A stretch of DNA of 64,000 nucleotides from Candidatus Latescibacterota bacterium (GTDB lineage Bacteria > Latescibacterota > UBA2968 > UBA8231), in NCBI GenBank assembly GCA_965197905.1, contig CBDAOB010000003.1, positions 416,001 to 480,000 on the forward strand, written 5' to 3'. The notes under the pieces were generated by a model. That model was not told the DNA's origin. It was given only the letters and a program-made list of their open reading frames with translations, and searched no databases. Below are positions 44,435 through 54,402 of the stretch, in pieces. Within the stretch, counting starts at the first letter, position 1, and every line of letters starts with the position of its first letter. Position numbers and translations under genes: made by a program.

Positions 44435-45298
44435 ATGAGGTTAGGTATCGTCGGCATGCTGCCGGGCGACTTTCGGAGCTTTGTGCCGCAGCAGATGGAA
44501 GCGATCCGCGCACAGGGATTCACCGGCTTCGGCTTTCACCTCGCCGGCGACGACCTGTTCGACATAACCGACGATGATTGCGCCGGCTATCGCCGCTTCA
44601 TGGCCGGCGAGGACCTCGATCTTGCCCAGTTTGCCGTCACTTATGACGAGTGTCTCTTCGACACCGACCCGAGCCCGCGCCAGGCCGTATCGGCCAAGAT
44701 CGATCGCGGAACAGAGCTGGCGGCCCGACTGGAAGCGCAGGCCTTTCTGCTGCGGCCGGGCAGCGTCAATCCCGACGGTCCCTGGACACCCCACCGCGAC
44801 AACCACCTACCCGAGCAGGTCGACGGGCTGGTCGACACCCTGCGGCCGTTAGCGCGCAAAGCGGAAACAGAGGGTGTGATCCTGGCCATGGAAACCCACG
44901 CTATCTCCATTATGGATCCCCCGGAAAAGTGCCGGGACATCGTCGAGGCCGTCGGGTCGGATCACCTCCGGCTGATCATGGATGCGGTCAACCACTTCCA
45001 GTGCCTGCAGCAGGTCTACCACAGCAGCGATTGGGTCAACCACATCTTCGACGAGATGGGGCCTATCGCGCCGCTGGCCCATATCAAGGACTTAAAGGTC
45101 TCCAACGGCCTCGTTATGCATATCGATCAGGAAGTACCCGGCGACGGAGAGCTGGATCTCGCTCTGGTGCTCAAACGCTTCGAGGCGCTCCACCCCAACG
45201 GCTACGGGCTGATCGAACACCTCCGCGCCGATCAGATTCCAAGGGCTGCCGCCAATGTGCGGCGCATTGCAGCGGAAAATGGTGTAACTATCCACTAA
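44435..45298 (+). CDS. Sugar phosphate isomerase/epimerase (xylose isomerase-like TIM barrel)
   Basis: LAMETH, MDAVN, AHIKD, PGDG.LD, LIEH. Confidence 0.85.
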   Translation: MRLGIVGMLPGDFRSFVPQQMEAIRAQGFTGFGFHLAGDDLFDITDDDCAGYRRFMAGEDLDLAQFAVTYDECLFDTDPSPRQAVSAKIDRGTELAARLEAQAFLLRPGSVNPDGPWTPHRDNHLPEQVDGLVDTLRPLARKAETEGVILAMETHAISIMDPPEKCRDIVEAVGSDHLRLIMDAVNHFQCLQQVYHSSDWVNHIFDEMGPIAPLAHIKDLKVSNGLVMHIDQEVPGDGELDLALVLKRFEALHPNGYGLIEHLRADQIPRAAANVRRIAAENGVTIH

Positions 45299-45321
45299 AG
45301 CCAGCGCCCGGGTTCCGAATG

Positions 45322-47177
45322 TCACGCGTCGAGAACATCGCGCACGGTGCGCGCCAGATTCGCAAACCTATAGGGCTTTCGCACAATTGCCTGAACGTCG
45401 ACCGTTCGTGATTCGTCGACAGAATATCCAGTGACAAGAACCACCCGTATCTCGGGATCGAGGCCACGGACGATCGGCAGAAACTCGTAGCCAGACATCT
45501 TTGGCATGGAAAGATCGAGTAGGATAAGCGCAATCTCATCGCGGCTTCGCCGGAACACTTCCAAGCCGTCGGTGCCATCCGATCCTTGGAGCACCTTGTA
45601 ACCATAGCTTGTCAACTGCGTAGCTACCGTACTCCGAATAGCGTCTTCGTCGTCGATAACCAATAGTGTTTCGGTGCCACCTGAAACGGCAGATTCGATT
45701 TCGTCATTCGGCACGGAGGCCTCTGCAAGACAGGCAGTCGGCAAGCAAACGGTAAAACGGGTTCCCTTTCCGAGATGACTCTCACATGTTATCCATCCTT
45801 CGTGCTGTTGTATTACCGCGTATGCGGTAGCCAGCCCCAGTCCCGTGCCTTTCCCCATTTCTTTGGTGGTAAAGAACGGCTCGAAGACGCGTTCCTGGAC
45901 CTCGGAGTTCATGCCTATCCCGTTGTCCGAAAATATCGCGCGAAGATACTCTCCGGGGCGCGCTTCGGGATGGGCCTTCACGGCCTCCTCGTGGGAAATT
46001 TCATCCACCGTTATTTCGACCCGGGGGTTGTCACTGTCTGTTTCTTCCAGTGCGTCACGCGCGTTCAGACAGAAGTTAAGGAAGGCTTGTTGCAGCTGAC
46101 TTTCATTTCCCTTGATGGCGAGCGGATGTTCGGGCGGGCTGAAGGCAATTTGATTCTTCGGTCAAACGTCTTTCGACATATGCGGACCGTATCGTCTAGC
46201 AACGTCTGCACATCGATCCGACTGTACTGGTCGGAGCTGGACCTTTGCCCAAATAACATGAGTTGCTCAACCACACCCGCTGCTCTTTCCGCGGCTGACA
46301 TCGCCTCGATCAGACCCGGTCGTTGGGACTCAGATGCATTTTGCAGTGCCAGCTCTATGTCGCCTATTACGATCATGAGCATATTGTTGAAATTATGGGC
46401 AACGCCAGAAGAGAGTTTCCCGATAGCCTCCATTTTTTGGGCCTGGCGTAAACTCTCTTCCAACTGTTGACGTTCGATGGACCGAGCTCGGAGTTGCGCG
46501 ATCATGGCGCTGAAGGCGTCTATAAGCTGGCCGACTTCATCAGTACCTGCCTTTTGAATTTCCTTTTCATAATCCTCCGCCCTTCCTATCTCGCCGATGG
46601 TTTCGACCAGGCGGGAAAGCGGGGTGGTAATGAGTCTGCTCAAGTAGATGGAGAGCAAGACTCCAGACACCAGTATCGCGAAGCTGACGACGAAGCCGGT
46701 TGCACGAATCGACTCAATGGCCCGATCCCTTTCGCGCAATGAGAATCCGACTATCAAATCACTCTCAATAGCCGATATCTGAAGCGGCGATCTCGCATGT
46801 AACCTTCCGACTTTCTCGACAGTATCTCCAGCGCTGAATAAATCGATTGACGGTAAATCTATATCCTGCGGATTGAAAGAGAACGTAGCTTTTCCGTCCT
46901 CTCCAAAGATGGCGATATATAGAATGCTTTCATCTTCCTTTGCTTGTTTGAAAAGCTCATCAATAAACGCGAAATCGCCCTCCTCAAGAGCTAGTGATAC
47001 TCCGGCGGCAAGCATTTGCGTAATACTTTCAGCCCTGTCCGTCATAGCCTGGGTAACCTGCTGCTTCTGTTTCCAGGGGAAATAGCCGAAATTGAGAAAA
47101 ACAGCCAGCAGGAGTACGAGCACGAAGACACTGAGTATCTTTGTGCGGATCGACAAATTTCTGAATAGTTGAATCAA
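45322..47177 (-). pseudogene. Hybrid sensor kinase (TM-sensor-TM-HAMP-HisKA-HATPase-REC), frameshifted near 46149
   Basis: QAQKMEAIGKLSSGVAHNFNNML; after the shift in an A run QLQQAFLNFCLNARDA, FEPFFTTK..GKGTGLGL, LLDLSMP. Confidence 0.85.
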
Positions 47178-47178
47178 A

Positions 47179-47685
47179 CTACTTGGCGGGGATTTCCCGC
47201 GATTGGAGAGGATATTTGCTGTCCGAGATCTCTTTGCCGTCAACCTTGATCACCTTGACGGAATCCAAGGAAGGATCGAAGTCAGATATATGGATGAACC
47301 CGATGGCAAAAGGGTTAGTGGCGATGTAATCTAGCATCTTTCTCTCAGAGTCCATACTCACAGGCAAATTCTGAAATTCTCCATTCAGTATCATGCTGAG
47401 CCACTTCATCCGAATTCTTATTGACGATATGCCCGCTACGGTCCGATAGAATTTCTCGGCAACCTCTTTTTTGCCCTTGTAGTCAATCAAATTGATGTGT
47501 CCACTCGTTCCACGCCCAGACACCCACGTTAACCTCTCGCCCAGGAAGATCCGTTTCAACTCAGCCATGCGAAGGGATTCTACCGGGTTCGTGCCGTTCA
47601 CGACTACTGCGATCTGAGCACGAGCGTCTGTGCTGAGCAGAAGGCAGGTCCCCCCGACAAGCAGCAAAGTTCTCGCTATGCTCAT
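47179..47685 (-). CDS. Small periplasmic phosphate-binding-like protein
   Basis: Signal peptide; IAVVVN..NPV..L...ELKRIFLG; AIGFI. Confidence 0.75.
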   Translation of the reverse strand: MSIARTLLLVGGTCLLLSTDARAQIAVVVNGTNPVESLRMAELKRIFLGERLTWVSGRGTSGHINLIDYKGKKEVAEKFYRTVAGISSIRIRMKWLSMILNGEFQNLPVSMDSERKMLDYIATNPFAIGFIHISDFDPSLDSVKVIKVDGKEISDSKYPLQSREIPAK

Positions 47686-47724
47686 GCGCGACCCCAACGG
47701 TGCCGAATCCGCATTCGGTCTCCT

Positions 47725-48750
47725 CTAAAAGCCGATGGCAAGCTGAGTAGAGAATCTATTCGAATTGTCGGCACCATCGACGGACTGATAGCGATATTGC
47801 GTCTTCACGACGGCGAGATGAGACAGACGGTAATTCAAGCCAAGTGATATCGCCCTGGTATCAAGCGGTTCAAAGAATGGATCATCCTCGATGTCTATGA
47901 AATCCAGCCTTGCAAAGGGTACGTACTGTCCCAGGGCATACGACCCCAACAGGTAACCTCCCTTACTCCAGTTGTTCCCGGAGCTTTTTCCATCGTTGTT
48001 GGCAAAGGCCAACTCCGCCAGCAACTCAGCGCCACGCTTTTCTATGACGCAGCTTGCAACCAGGACCGACATGTCTACATCCTCGGCGAGTGAATCGAAG
48101 TGTGCCAGGTGCGGTGTCCCGGACTCATCCATGCCCTCCTTCGATGCGCGATCGCGATAGTAGGAAAAACCGAAATCAAAACCATCAACCGCCTTGGAAT
48201 GGATATCGAAAATCACGGACTTGGTATCGTCATTGTCTTCCACGGGACTGGAGCCGATTCCATTGCCAATCATCAACCCGTAATAAAATCGGCCCGAGCC
48301 GATTTCCCTTCCCGTGACATAGACTCCGAGAGTATGAATGGGAATCATCTCCTGGAAGAAAGGTTTGTCGACCGAGGTGTAGAGGAGAACTCCGTGGTGA
48401 AAGGCGCGATTCCAGTATCCGAGGGGTGTATGAAATTTCCCCACGGAAACTCGCAGGTAGTCATTGAAGGTGTATCTAACCCACAGACGCCTTAAACTTA
48501 TGATCCATTCTTCTCTATATTCATAGGTTACCTCACTCAAAAATGAGGTCCCCGGTGCCAGAGTACCGGTTATATAGGTATCGTACTCGCCAATCCGGAA
48601 GCGGGAATTGCTCGAATCATCATCATCAATCTCGAAGTTCAGGTCAGCGAACCCTCGAATGGTCCTGCTACTGGTTTCTGAACCTTCGACAGATTCGATC
48701 GCCAAATGACAAAGTGAAACGAGGAGTACCGCGATAACACGTAACATCAT
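47725..48750 (-). CDS. Outer-membrane porin-like beta-barrel
   Basis: Signal peptide, GKFHTPLGYWN..FHHG, C-terminal QLAIGF. Confidence 0.75.
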   Translation of the reverse strand: MMLRVIAVLLVSLCHLAIESVEGSETSSRTIRGFADLNFEIDDDDSSNSRFRIGEYDTYITGTLAPGTSFLSEVTYEYREEWIISLRRLWVRYTFNDYLRVSVGKFHTPLGYWNRAFHHGVLLYTSVDKPFFQEMIPIHTLGVYVTGREIGSGRFYYGLMIGNGIGSSPVEDNDDTKSVIFDIHSKAVDGFDFGFSYYRDRASKEGMDESGTPHLAHFDSLAEDVDMSVLVASCVIEKRGAELLAELAFANNDGKSSGNNWSKGGYLLGSYALGQYVPFARLDFIDIEDDPFFEPLDTRAISLGLNYRLSHLAVVKTQYRYQSVDGADNSNRFSTQLAIGF

Positions 48751-48990
48751 TCGATCCCCATCGTGACCAGATCCTGCTTGTTGCCTGTAAGAAACCCAAA
48801 GAATATCAAGATTTACATATTTCTATGGTGTTTGGCTTTTTTCAAACCTAGCAATATAGCACTCAGGCGTCACCAGATAAAACGTATACGGCTCGGCACA
48901 GGATGGCTTTTCTTCGGCCGTTAAACGACCCAAGGAAATTCTCGGGTCCTATTGTTTTTGTTGTGAGTTACTACCGAGCCGCAGAAGCCT

Positions 48991-50682
48991 TCAAACGTAT
49001 CGGCGGATCAGTCCCGCCATCCGATCGTTCCCCCGTTTTTCCACCCACGCAAGAGGCGTCGACCAGGCGGCGCCGGACCGTTCAGGATCGGCGCCGTTCT
49101 CCAGATACAGCTCGGCAAGCTCGTAGCGATCCCAGCGAACCGACCACCCAAGCGGAGTCGACTGCAGAAGATCGTCGAGCACGTTCAGGTCGGCACCATA
49201 CTCGATCAGGATCCGGCCAAAGGCGATTCGGTCACTCTCTAGCATGACCACGTGGCGGCCCCACACCTTTCCCTTCGCTGCGAGGTGATGGGCCAGCCGG
49301 TAACCGTATCTGCCCACCACGTTGGGACTAGCGCCGTGTTCGAGAATCATGCGAAATATCTCGGGATAGACTCTGCGGTCGATGTCCTTGAAATTGCGGT
49401 GCGGGTGCAGGCGCCATAACCGGAGCGGCTGCTCCAACACGTCCATCCAGCGGTTGTCCTCGCTCTCCCAATTCAGCTGGCGCAGACAAAGGCCGGCCAG
49501 ATTGATATCCCCTCCGCAGCCCGCGGCCCTGAGCAGTTTCTCAGCCAGGTCAGGGTCCCTGTGAAGGTACACCGCAGCAGCCGCGGTCTCACCCTCGACC
49601 CCTGCGGAGGTAGGTTCGAGGACGCCACCATACCGATAAAGCAGTCCTTTCATCCGATCATCGCGGTTGTTGTACGCGTAGCCGACAGGGTTGCCGCTGG
49701 CGTACGGTCCCTTGTTCGGGTCCGCGCCGGCTTCGAGGAGAATCTGAGCGATCTCGTATTGCCCTGAGCCCGCCGCCCTTGTCAATGGCTCCCCGCCGCT
49801 CTTGGGCCGATTCTCATACTCGGTAAGTTCGTGCTCGTCATCCGGGTGACAGCCCAGTTCCAACAGTAGCTTGATCATTTCAACGTTGTCGGCCTCGACC
49901 GCCCGTTGGAGCAGCCCGAGTCGTTTGACCCCGTCGTTGAGGAAACGCTCGGGACGGTCTGCCGCCGCCTGCCGGACGTGAGGCATGTCTCCGAGAGCTA
50001 CGGCGGTTTCGAGACTGACATCGCAACCGGCCTGGAGCAGGAGGCCCGTTGCGATCAGACAACCCTCGTTGAGCGGGAGAGCTCGCGGGTGGGCACTCTG
50101 GACCGCGCCGTCCAGGGGCGAAGCGCCCGCGGGCGTGAGATGGCGATAGTCCGCCCCGCGCTCGAGAAGCTGGTGCACCAGGTTGTACAGACCTGCACAA
50201 GCGGCGGCATACAGAACGCTACCACCGTTCCGATGACACGCGTTCAGCAGTTCCGGCTGCGCGTCGAGGAGTCGGAGCGCCTCGACCTCGTCCTTCTCCG
50301 TAACCGCCTCGAAGAGTGCATCGTTTGCGGGGCTGATCTCGATGTTCTCGCAGGCCGCCAACTTTAGTTTTTCGTCCTCGTCACGAATGATTTCGACGAT
50401 GCTGCCGAGCCCCCGTTCCTGCGCTATGGTCAGCGCGCCTGTCGCCTCCCGATGCGGGAAGATCCCTTCGTCGACCTTGGCACCACGCTGAACGAGCAGA
50501 CGAACCGCTTCGTCATGACCATTCATCACGGCGAAGTGAATCGCGCGGTGCACGTTTCTTTCGGCTACCATTACGTTGACCAGGTCGGGCTGCCGATCCA
50601 AAATCAGACCAATGCGCGAGACATCGCCATCGGCCGCCGCATCGCAGAGGTCTGCGATCTTTGTCGGGCCATTTAGTGTCAT
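48991..50682 (-). CDS. Ankyrin repeat protein
   Basis: Multiple ANK motifs (AIHFAVMNGH, LLEAGADPN, STPLGW...LENGADP). Confidence 0.85.
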   Translation of the reverse strand: MTLNGPTKIADLCDAAADGDVSRIGLILDRQPDLVNVMVAERNVHRAIHFAVMNGHDEAVRLLVQRGAKVDEGIFPHREATGALTIAQERGLGSIVEIIRDEDEKLKLAACENIEISPANDALFEAVTEKDEVEALRLLDAQPELLNACHRNGGSVLYAAACAGLYNLVHQLLERGADYRHLTPAGASPLDGAVQSAHPRALPLNEGCLIATGLLLQAGCDVSLETAVALGDMPHVRQAAADRPERFLNDGVKRLGLLQRAVEADNVEMIKLLLELGCHPDDEHELTEYENRPKSGGEPLTRAAGSGQYEIAQILLEAGADPNKGPYASGNPVGYAYNNRDDRMKGLLYRYGGVLEPTSAGVEGETAAAAVYLHRDPDLAEKLLRAAGCGGDINLAGLCLRQLNWESEDNRWMDVLEQPLRLWRLHPHRNFKDIDRRVYPEIFRMILEHGASPNVVGRYGYRLAHHLAAKGKVWGRHVVMLESDRIAFGRILIEYGADLNVLDDLLQSTPLGWSVRWDRYELAELYLENGADPERSGAAWSTPLAWVEKRGNDRMAGLIRRYV

Positions 50683-50836
50683 TCAGAACCTCGGGAGTCA
50701 AGATCTGTTCGGGGTTGTGGCTATAGTACGAAGATATAAAGGAGGATCCAATACCTCGAGGTCCGTTAACACCGTAGCCGCCCATCTCCCGGCTAGATCC
50801 GATTCTGCAAGCTAAGGGATGAAAGCTGCCTGCCGA

Positions 50837-51754
50837 TCATCCAACTAACAGCTGAGCAATCAGGAGAAGGTGATTTGTCCAGCTCACCTCCGGGTTGGTT
50901 TCGCTCATTTGCGAACATAGACACGATGCGATGTCGATCGTTCCGCAGGCCCGGATTCGCTCTTCGCTGTGGCCGAGTTCCCGGCTGAATATTTGGACTG
51001 GCTGATCCAGCAACCTTTGCTTCTCATCTCGGGATATCTCATCCGGTAACCCGTTATGCAAGAATCGGCCCACCTCCAGACACGGGACACCGACCACCCC
51101 TTTCGGATCTATCGCTAACCACCCGACCTGCTCATCGAGGAGGATCTTCTGATGGTGCAAATCGCCATGCAACAAGACATCCTGCGCTTTCGTGCTCTGG
51201 ATCTCCTTGAACAGATGCGTAGCCGTGTCGATCAACTCCGCCGGAAATGGGGCCCCGTCTCTAGCGCAAATGGGCTTTGACCTGTGAAACCTGCGTTCTA
51301 CTTGCTCCGCATAGATTGGCAGGCAGTGAACCGACGGCACGGCAACCTGAAGATTTTTCATTACGCCGGCCGCCAGGAGCGACTCTTCTGCGTTGTTCCG
51401 GAGTTCGTTCAGCTTGGTTCCCGGTCGAATGCGCTCTAGCAGTAGTGCCCCGAGTTCGGGGTCGCTATCTACGTATCTGACGATCCCGCGTCCCTGGTAG
51501 ATACGCAATGCTTCCATTTCCGTAACGAGATCGTGGTGAGGCACCCCCACTTTGAGCACCAGTTCGTCGCCGGAGTCATTACAGGCGAATGTCAGGTAGT
51601 TAGCCTTGAGATCTTCGACAGCGGGGCCGAGATCCAGCTTCCAGCGGGTTGCCAGTTCTGTCAGGAGCTCCGGTAATTGGACAAGCCAGGCCTTGCCGGC
51701 GCCACCGAATACACGGCAGATCGATTGCTGAAAATATTCGGGGAAGGGTTCCAT
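50837..51754 (-). CDS. APH(6)/hydroxyurea-resistance kinase family phosphotransferase
   Basis: WL..LP.LL..L..RW.L, VLKV, ALLLERIRPG, LLHGDLHH.K(N)IL, WLAIDPKG. Confidence 0.85.
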   Translation of the reverse strand: MEPFPEYFQQSICRVFGGAGKAWLVQLPELLTELATRWKLDLGPAVEDLKANYLTFACNDSGDELVLKVGVPHHDLVTEMEALRIYQGRGIVRYVDSDPELGALLLERIRPGTKLNELRNNAEESLLAAGVMKNLQVAVPSVHCLPIYAEQVERRFHRSKPICARDGAPFPAELIDTATHLFKEIQSTKAQDVLLHGDLHHQKILLDEQVGWLAIDPKGVVGVPCLEVGRFLHNGLPDEISRDEKQRLLDQPVQIFSRELGHSEERIRACGTIDIASCLCSQMSETNPEVSWTNHLLLIAQLLVG

Positions 51755-51804
51755 CGGTATCTAGCAAGGTGCGCGAGGGGTTGCCGAGGCCTTGGCGCGT
51801 ACCA

Positions 51805-52938
51805 TCACTCAGGTGCACCGACCTGGCGCAGTCTTTCTATCTCGCGAGCCGTTGTCAGTCGAGGAACTGGCAGCTGCTTCGGGTAGAAGTCCGATCGGGC
51901 AAGTGCGTAACCTAGCGGCGTGAATTCGCGAATCCTGCCATCGTGATTCATGCTAGCGCGCACGGTCAAATCAGGCCCCTTAGCAAGGAGACAATCGAAT
52001 GTATCGTAACACGAACCACGAGGCGTGCCAATCGTGTGATAGAGCGGCGTCTGCCCTCCCGATCCGTCTTGTAGCATTTGCGCCTTTGCATTGATGTCAG
52101 CGCCGTGTTGAATAAGAAGCTCCGCACACTTGCTTTCATTGTGCGAAGCCGCGATGTGGAGCAATGTGTACCCCATAACCGTTTTGTCCACTATTTTGTA
52201 ATTGAAGAAGCCAGTAACCAGCGACGGATCACGGACAATTCTGACTTCGAGCGCGTCGTGGCGACCTCGGTGGATGTCCATCACAGGCCCATCCTCACAG
52301 ACAGCTCCAGCTTCAATCAAGGTATTGATACATTCGTGACGTAGGCCGACATCGAAGACCCACGAGGACCCAATCGCCGCCCCCATGACGCCAGCCCTGT
52401 TTGGATCGACGCCGAGTGACAACAATCTCCTGATTTGTGCGAGGTCCAGGTTGTAGGCATTGCACCAAAGCATGTGGCCAAGAAACCGCGAATCCGCTCC
52501 GGCTCTTTTCAGGATCTCCATGCTTCCCAACGAACTTCGCATGTGTGCATACCTGAAGGGCGTAATGAACCTGGGACGTCTCTTGCGGTCAGTCCACTCG
52601 AATTTCGCCTGAACGAGAGCCGGATGTTCACTGAGCAACCTGCTCAACCTGGCGCCGTCATCCCGCTCAATTGCGTCTCTTACGAGGCCCGGCCTATCCT
52701 CCCTCTCCTCGACAGCCTCGACGCACCTTTGCCAGCTGAGAAATCCGTATTCGATGGCGACGACGAGCTGCGCATCTTCAAGCGTGAACTCTGCGCTAAG
52801 AATATCAGCAGTTCCAGATGTCGAAAAACTCGGATGAGACTGCTTGATGCGTGACATGGCTTCCGCTTTAAGGGCATGGTAATCCCTAAGCAACCCGTCG
52901 GCTTGCTTCCGGTGATTCTCAATAGTGGGAGAGCGCAC
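51805..52938 (-). CDS. Ankyrin repeat protein with N-terminal (E..RKQA..LL / DAQLVVA.EYGF.SW) domain
   Basis: TLLHIAA, LIQHGADINAK, GQTPLY, TPLGYA; characteristic N-terminal helical domain. Confidence 0.85.
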   Translation of the reverse strand: MRSPTIENHRKQADGLLRDYHALKAEAMSRIKQSHPSFSTSGTADILSAEFTLEDAQLVVAIEYGFLSWQRCVEAVEEREDRPGLVRDAIERDDGARLSRLLSEHPALVQAKFEWTDRKRRPRFITPFRYAHMRSSLGSMEILKRAGADSRFLGHMLWCNAYNLDLAQIRRLLSLGVDPNRAGVMGAAIGSSWVFDVGLRHECINTLIEAGAVCEDGPVMDIHRGRHDALEVRIVRDPSLVTGFFNYKIVDKTVMGYTLLHIAASHNESKCAELLIQHGADINAKAQMLQDGSGGQTPLYHTIGTPRGSCYDTFDCLLAKGPDLTVRASMNHDGRIREFTPLGYALARSDFYPKQLPVPRLTTAREIERLRQVGAPE

Positions 52939-53266
52939 GGGAATTCGCCTTTTTGCTTACAAATGTTTTCGTGCTTCCGTAACCGCCCAACGTTGTCCGC
53001 CTCCAGGAAGATGCAACCGACCTAAAACCTCCACAACGGCTATGTGTAGTTCTTGGTCGAAGAGCACACAGTATGAGCCCGGCCGATCCCGATAGCCGTT
53101 CCCCTCAAGTGCCTGGCCGAATATCTGCATTCAGTTGACCGCGGGGCGCATCGGTCCAGGTGGACACGCGTATCGCTGACTCTGGATCTCGGTACCAGGG
53201 ATCCTGCTGCCGGATAGTGGGTATATTGAATTCCAATTGAAACCTCTGTTTATATGCGATGCGTGA

Positions 53267-54151
53267 TCAGCTGTCTTTTCCCGCTTTCGAGGAACCCCCA
53301 GGATAAGAACTCGATGGCCGCGGATTGCGCTGCTCGAAAAGGTCTTCATAACGCATGCGGACCCTCCCTTCCAGCTCCGGATGCGGCCGAATCCAGAACC
53401 TCCCGTCAATGATGGCAGCAAAAACATGATCCGCCAGCTCTTTGGGAGACATGCCCACCCGGATCGCTCGACGAAAAGCCTCGACCGTCGCATCATCCGC
53501 GCCAATCGCATCGTCTTGTTCAGATTCATCTCTCAATGCCGACGGACGATTTCGTGCTGAATCCATAATTTCGGTGTTCACAAAACTTGGACACAAGACA
53601 GAGACTCCTATCTGTGCGTGTCGCTGCGACAACTCATGGTAGAGCTGCTCCGAGAGTGCGATGACGGCATGTTTGGTCATTCCGTAACTTGCGGAGGGAT
53701 GAGGAGAAATCAGTCCTGCAATAGAAGCCGTGTTCACGATATGACACTCGGTATTCTGCTCAAGCATAATCGGAACAAACGTCCGCAAGCCATGAATGAT
53801 GCCCCAAAGGTTCACCCCCATCGCCCATTTCCAATCATTCAGGGTACTTTCCCAGATAGAACCATCGGTACGGACACCAGCGTTGTTGCAGAGCAGGTGT
53901 ACTGCCCCGAAATAATCAATCGACCTCTCGGCCAGTCGCTCGACATCCACGGGATCGGACACATCAGTCGGTATCGACCGGACATCTGCTCCCATTGCTT
54001 CCATTGCTGATCTGGTTTTAGACAGGGCTTCTCGCTCGATGTCGGCAAGAACAACCTTCATACCCTCGGCTATACAACGCTCAGCCATCCCGCACCCGAT
54101 TCCGCTGGCTGCTCCGGTGATGACAGCTACCTTACCTTTGAGATTCTTCAT
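53267..54151 (-). CDS. Short-chain dehydrogenase/reductase
   Basis: VITGAASGIG, NNAG, NTAS, YGMTK. Confidence 0.9.
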   Translation of the reverse strand: MKNLKGKVAVITGAASGIGCGMAERCIAEGMKVVLADIEREALSKTRSAMEAMGADVRSIPTDVSDPVDVERLAERSIDYFGAVHLLCNNAGVRTDGSIWESTLNDWKWAMGVNLWGIIHGLRTFVPIMLEQNTECHIVNTASIAGLISPHPSASYGMTKHAVIALSEQLYHELSQRHAQIGVSVLCPSFVNTEIMDSARNRPSALRDESEQDDAIGADDATVEAFRRAIRVGMSPKELADHVFAAIIDGRFWIRPHPELEGRVRMRYEDLFEQRNPRPSSSYPGGSSKAGKDS

Positions 54152-54162
54152 CCGTGAAAATG

Positions 54163-54309
54163 CTACGACTTGACCGCTTCGATGATGCACACGGGCGATT
54201 GTGTCGGTAGGATGCGGGACAGCTTCAGATCCGCCTTTGCTAACAGCGCTTCAAACTCTTCCTCGGTTCGTTGGCGATCTCCAGTAGTGGCGGGAGGATT
54301 GGCATGCAT
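54163..54309 (-). pseudogene. Collapsed O-methyltransferase (Methyltransf_2) remnant, 48 aa
   Basis: RBS GAGGGAG, then MHANPPA fused in frame to TGDRQRTEEEFEALLAKADLKLSRILPTQSPVCIIEA (typical OMT C-terminus). Confidence 0.6.
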
Positions 54310-54402
54310 ATAGTGCTCTCCCTCAAAGTTGATTCAAAGGGAAGTTTCTAAACTGCATCAATGCCACAAGGCGGGCAATATCAATGTTTAGCGACGAACA
54401 TC

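Noticed and set aside
50837..51754. Clinical strB resistance gene
   Set aside because: Only family-level motifs; no mobile context
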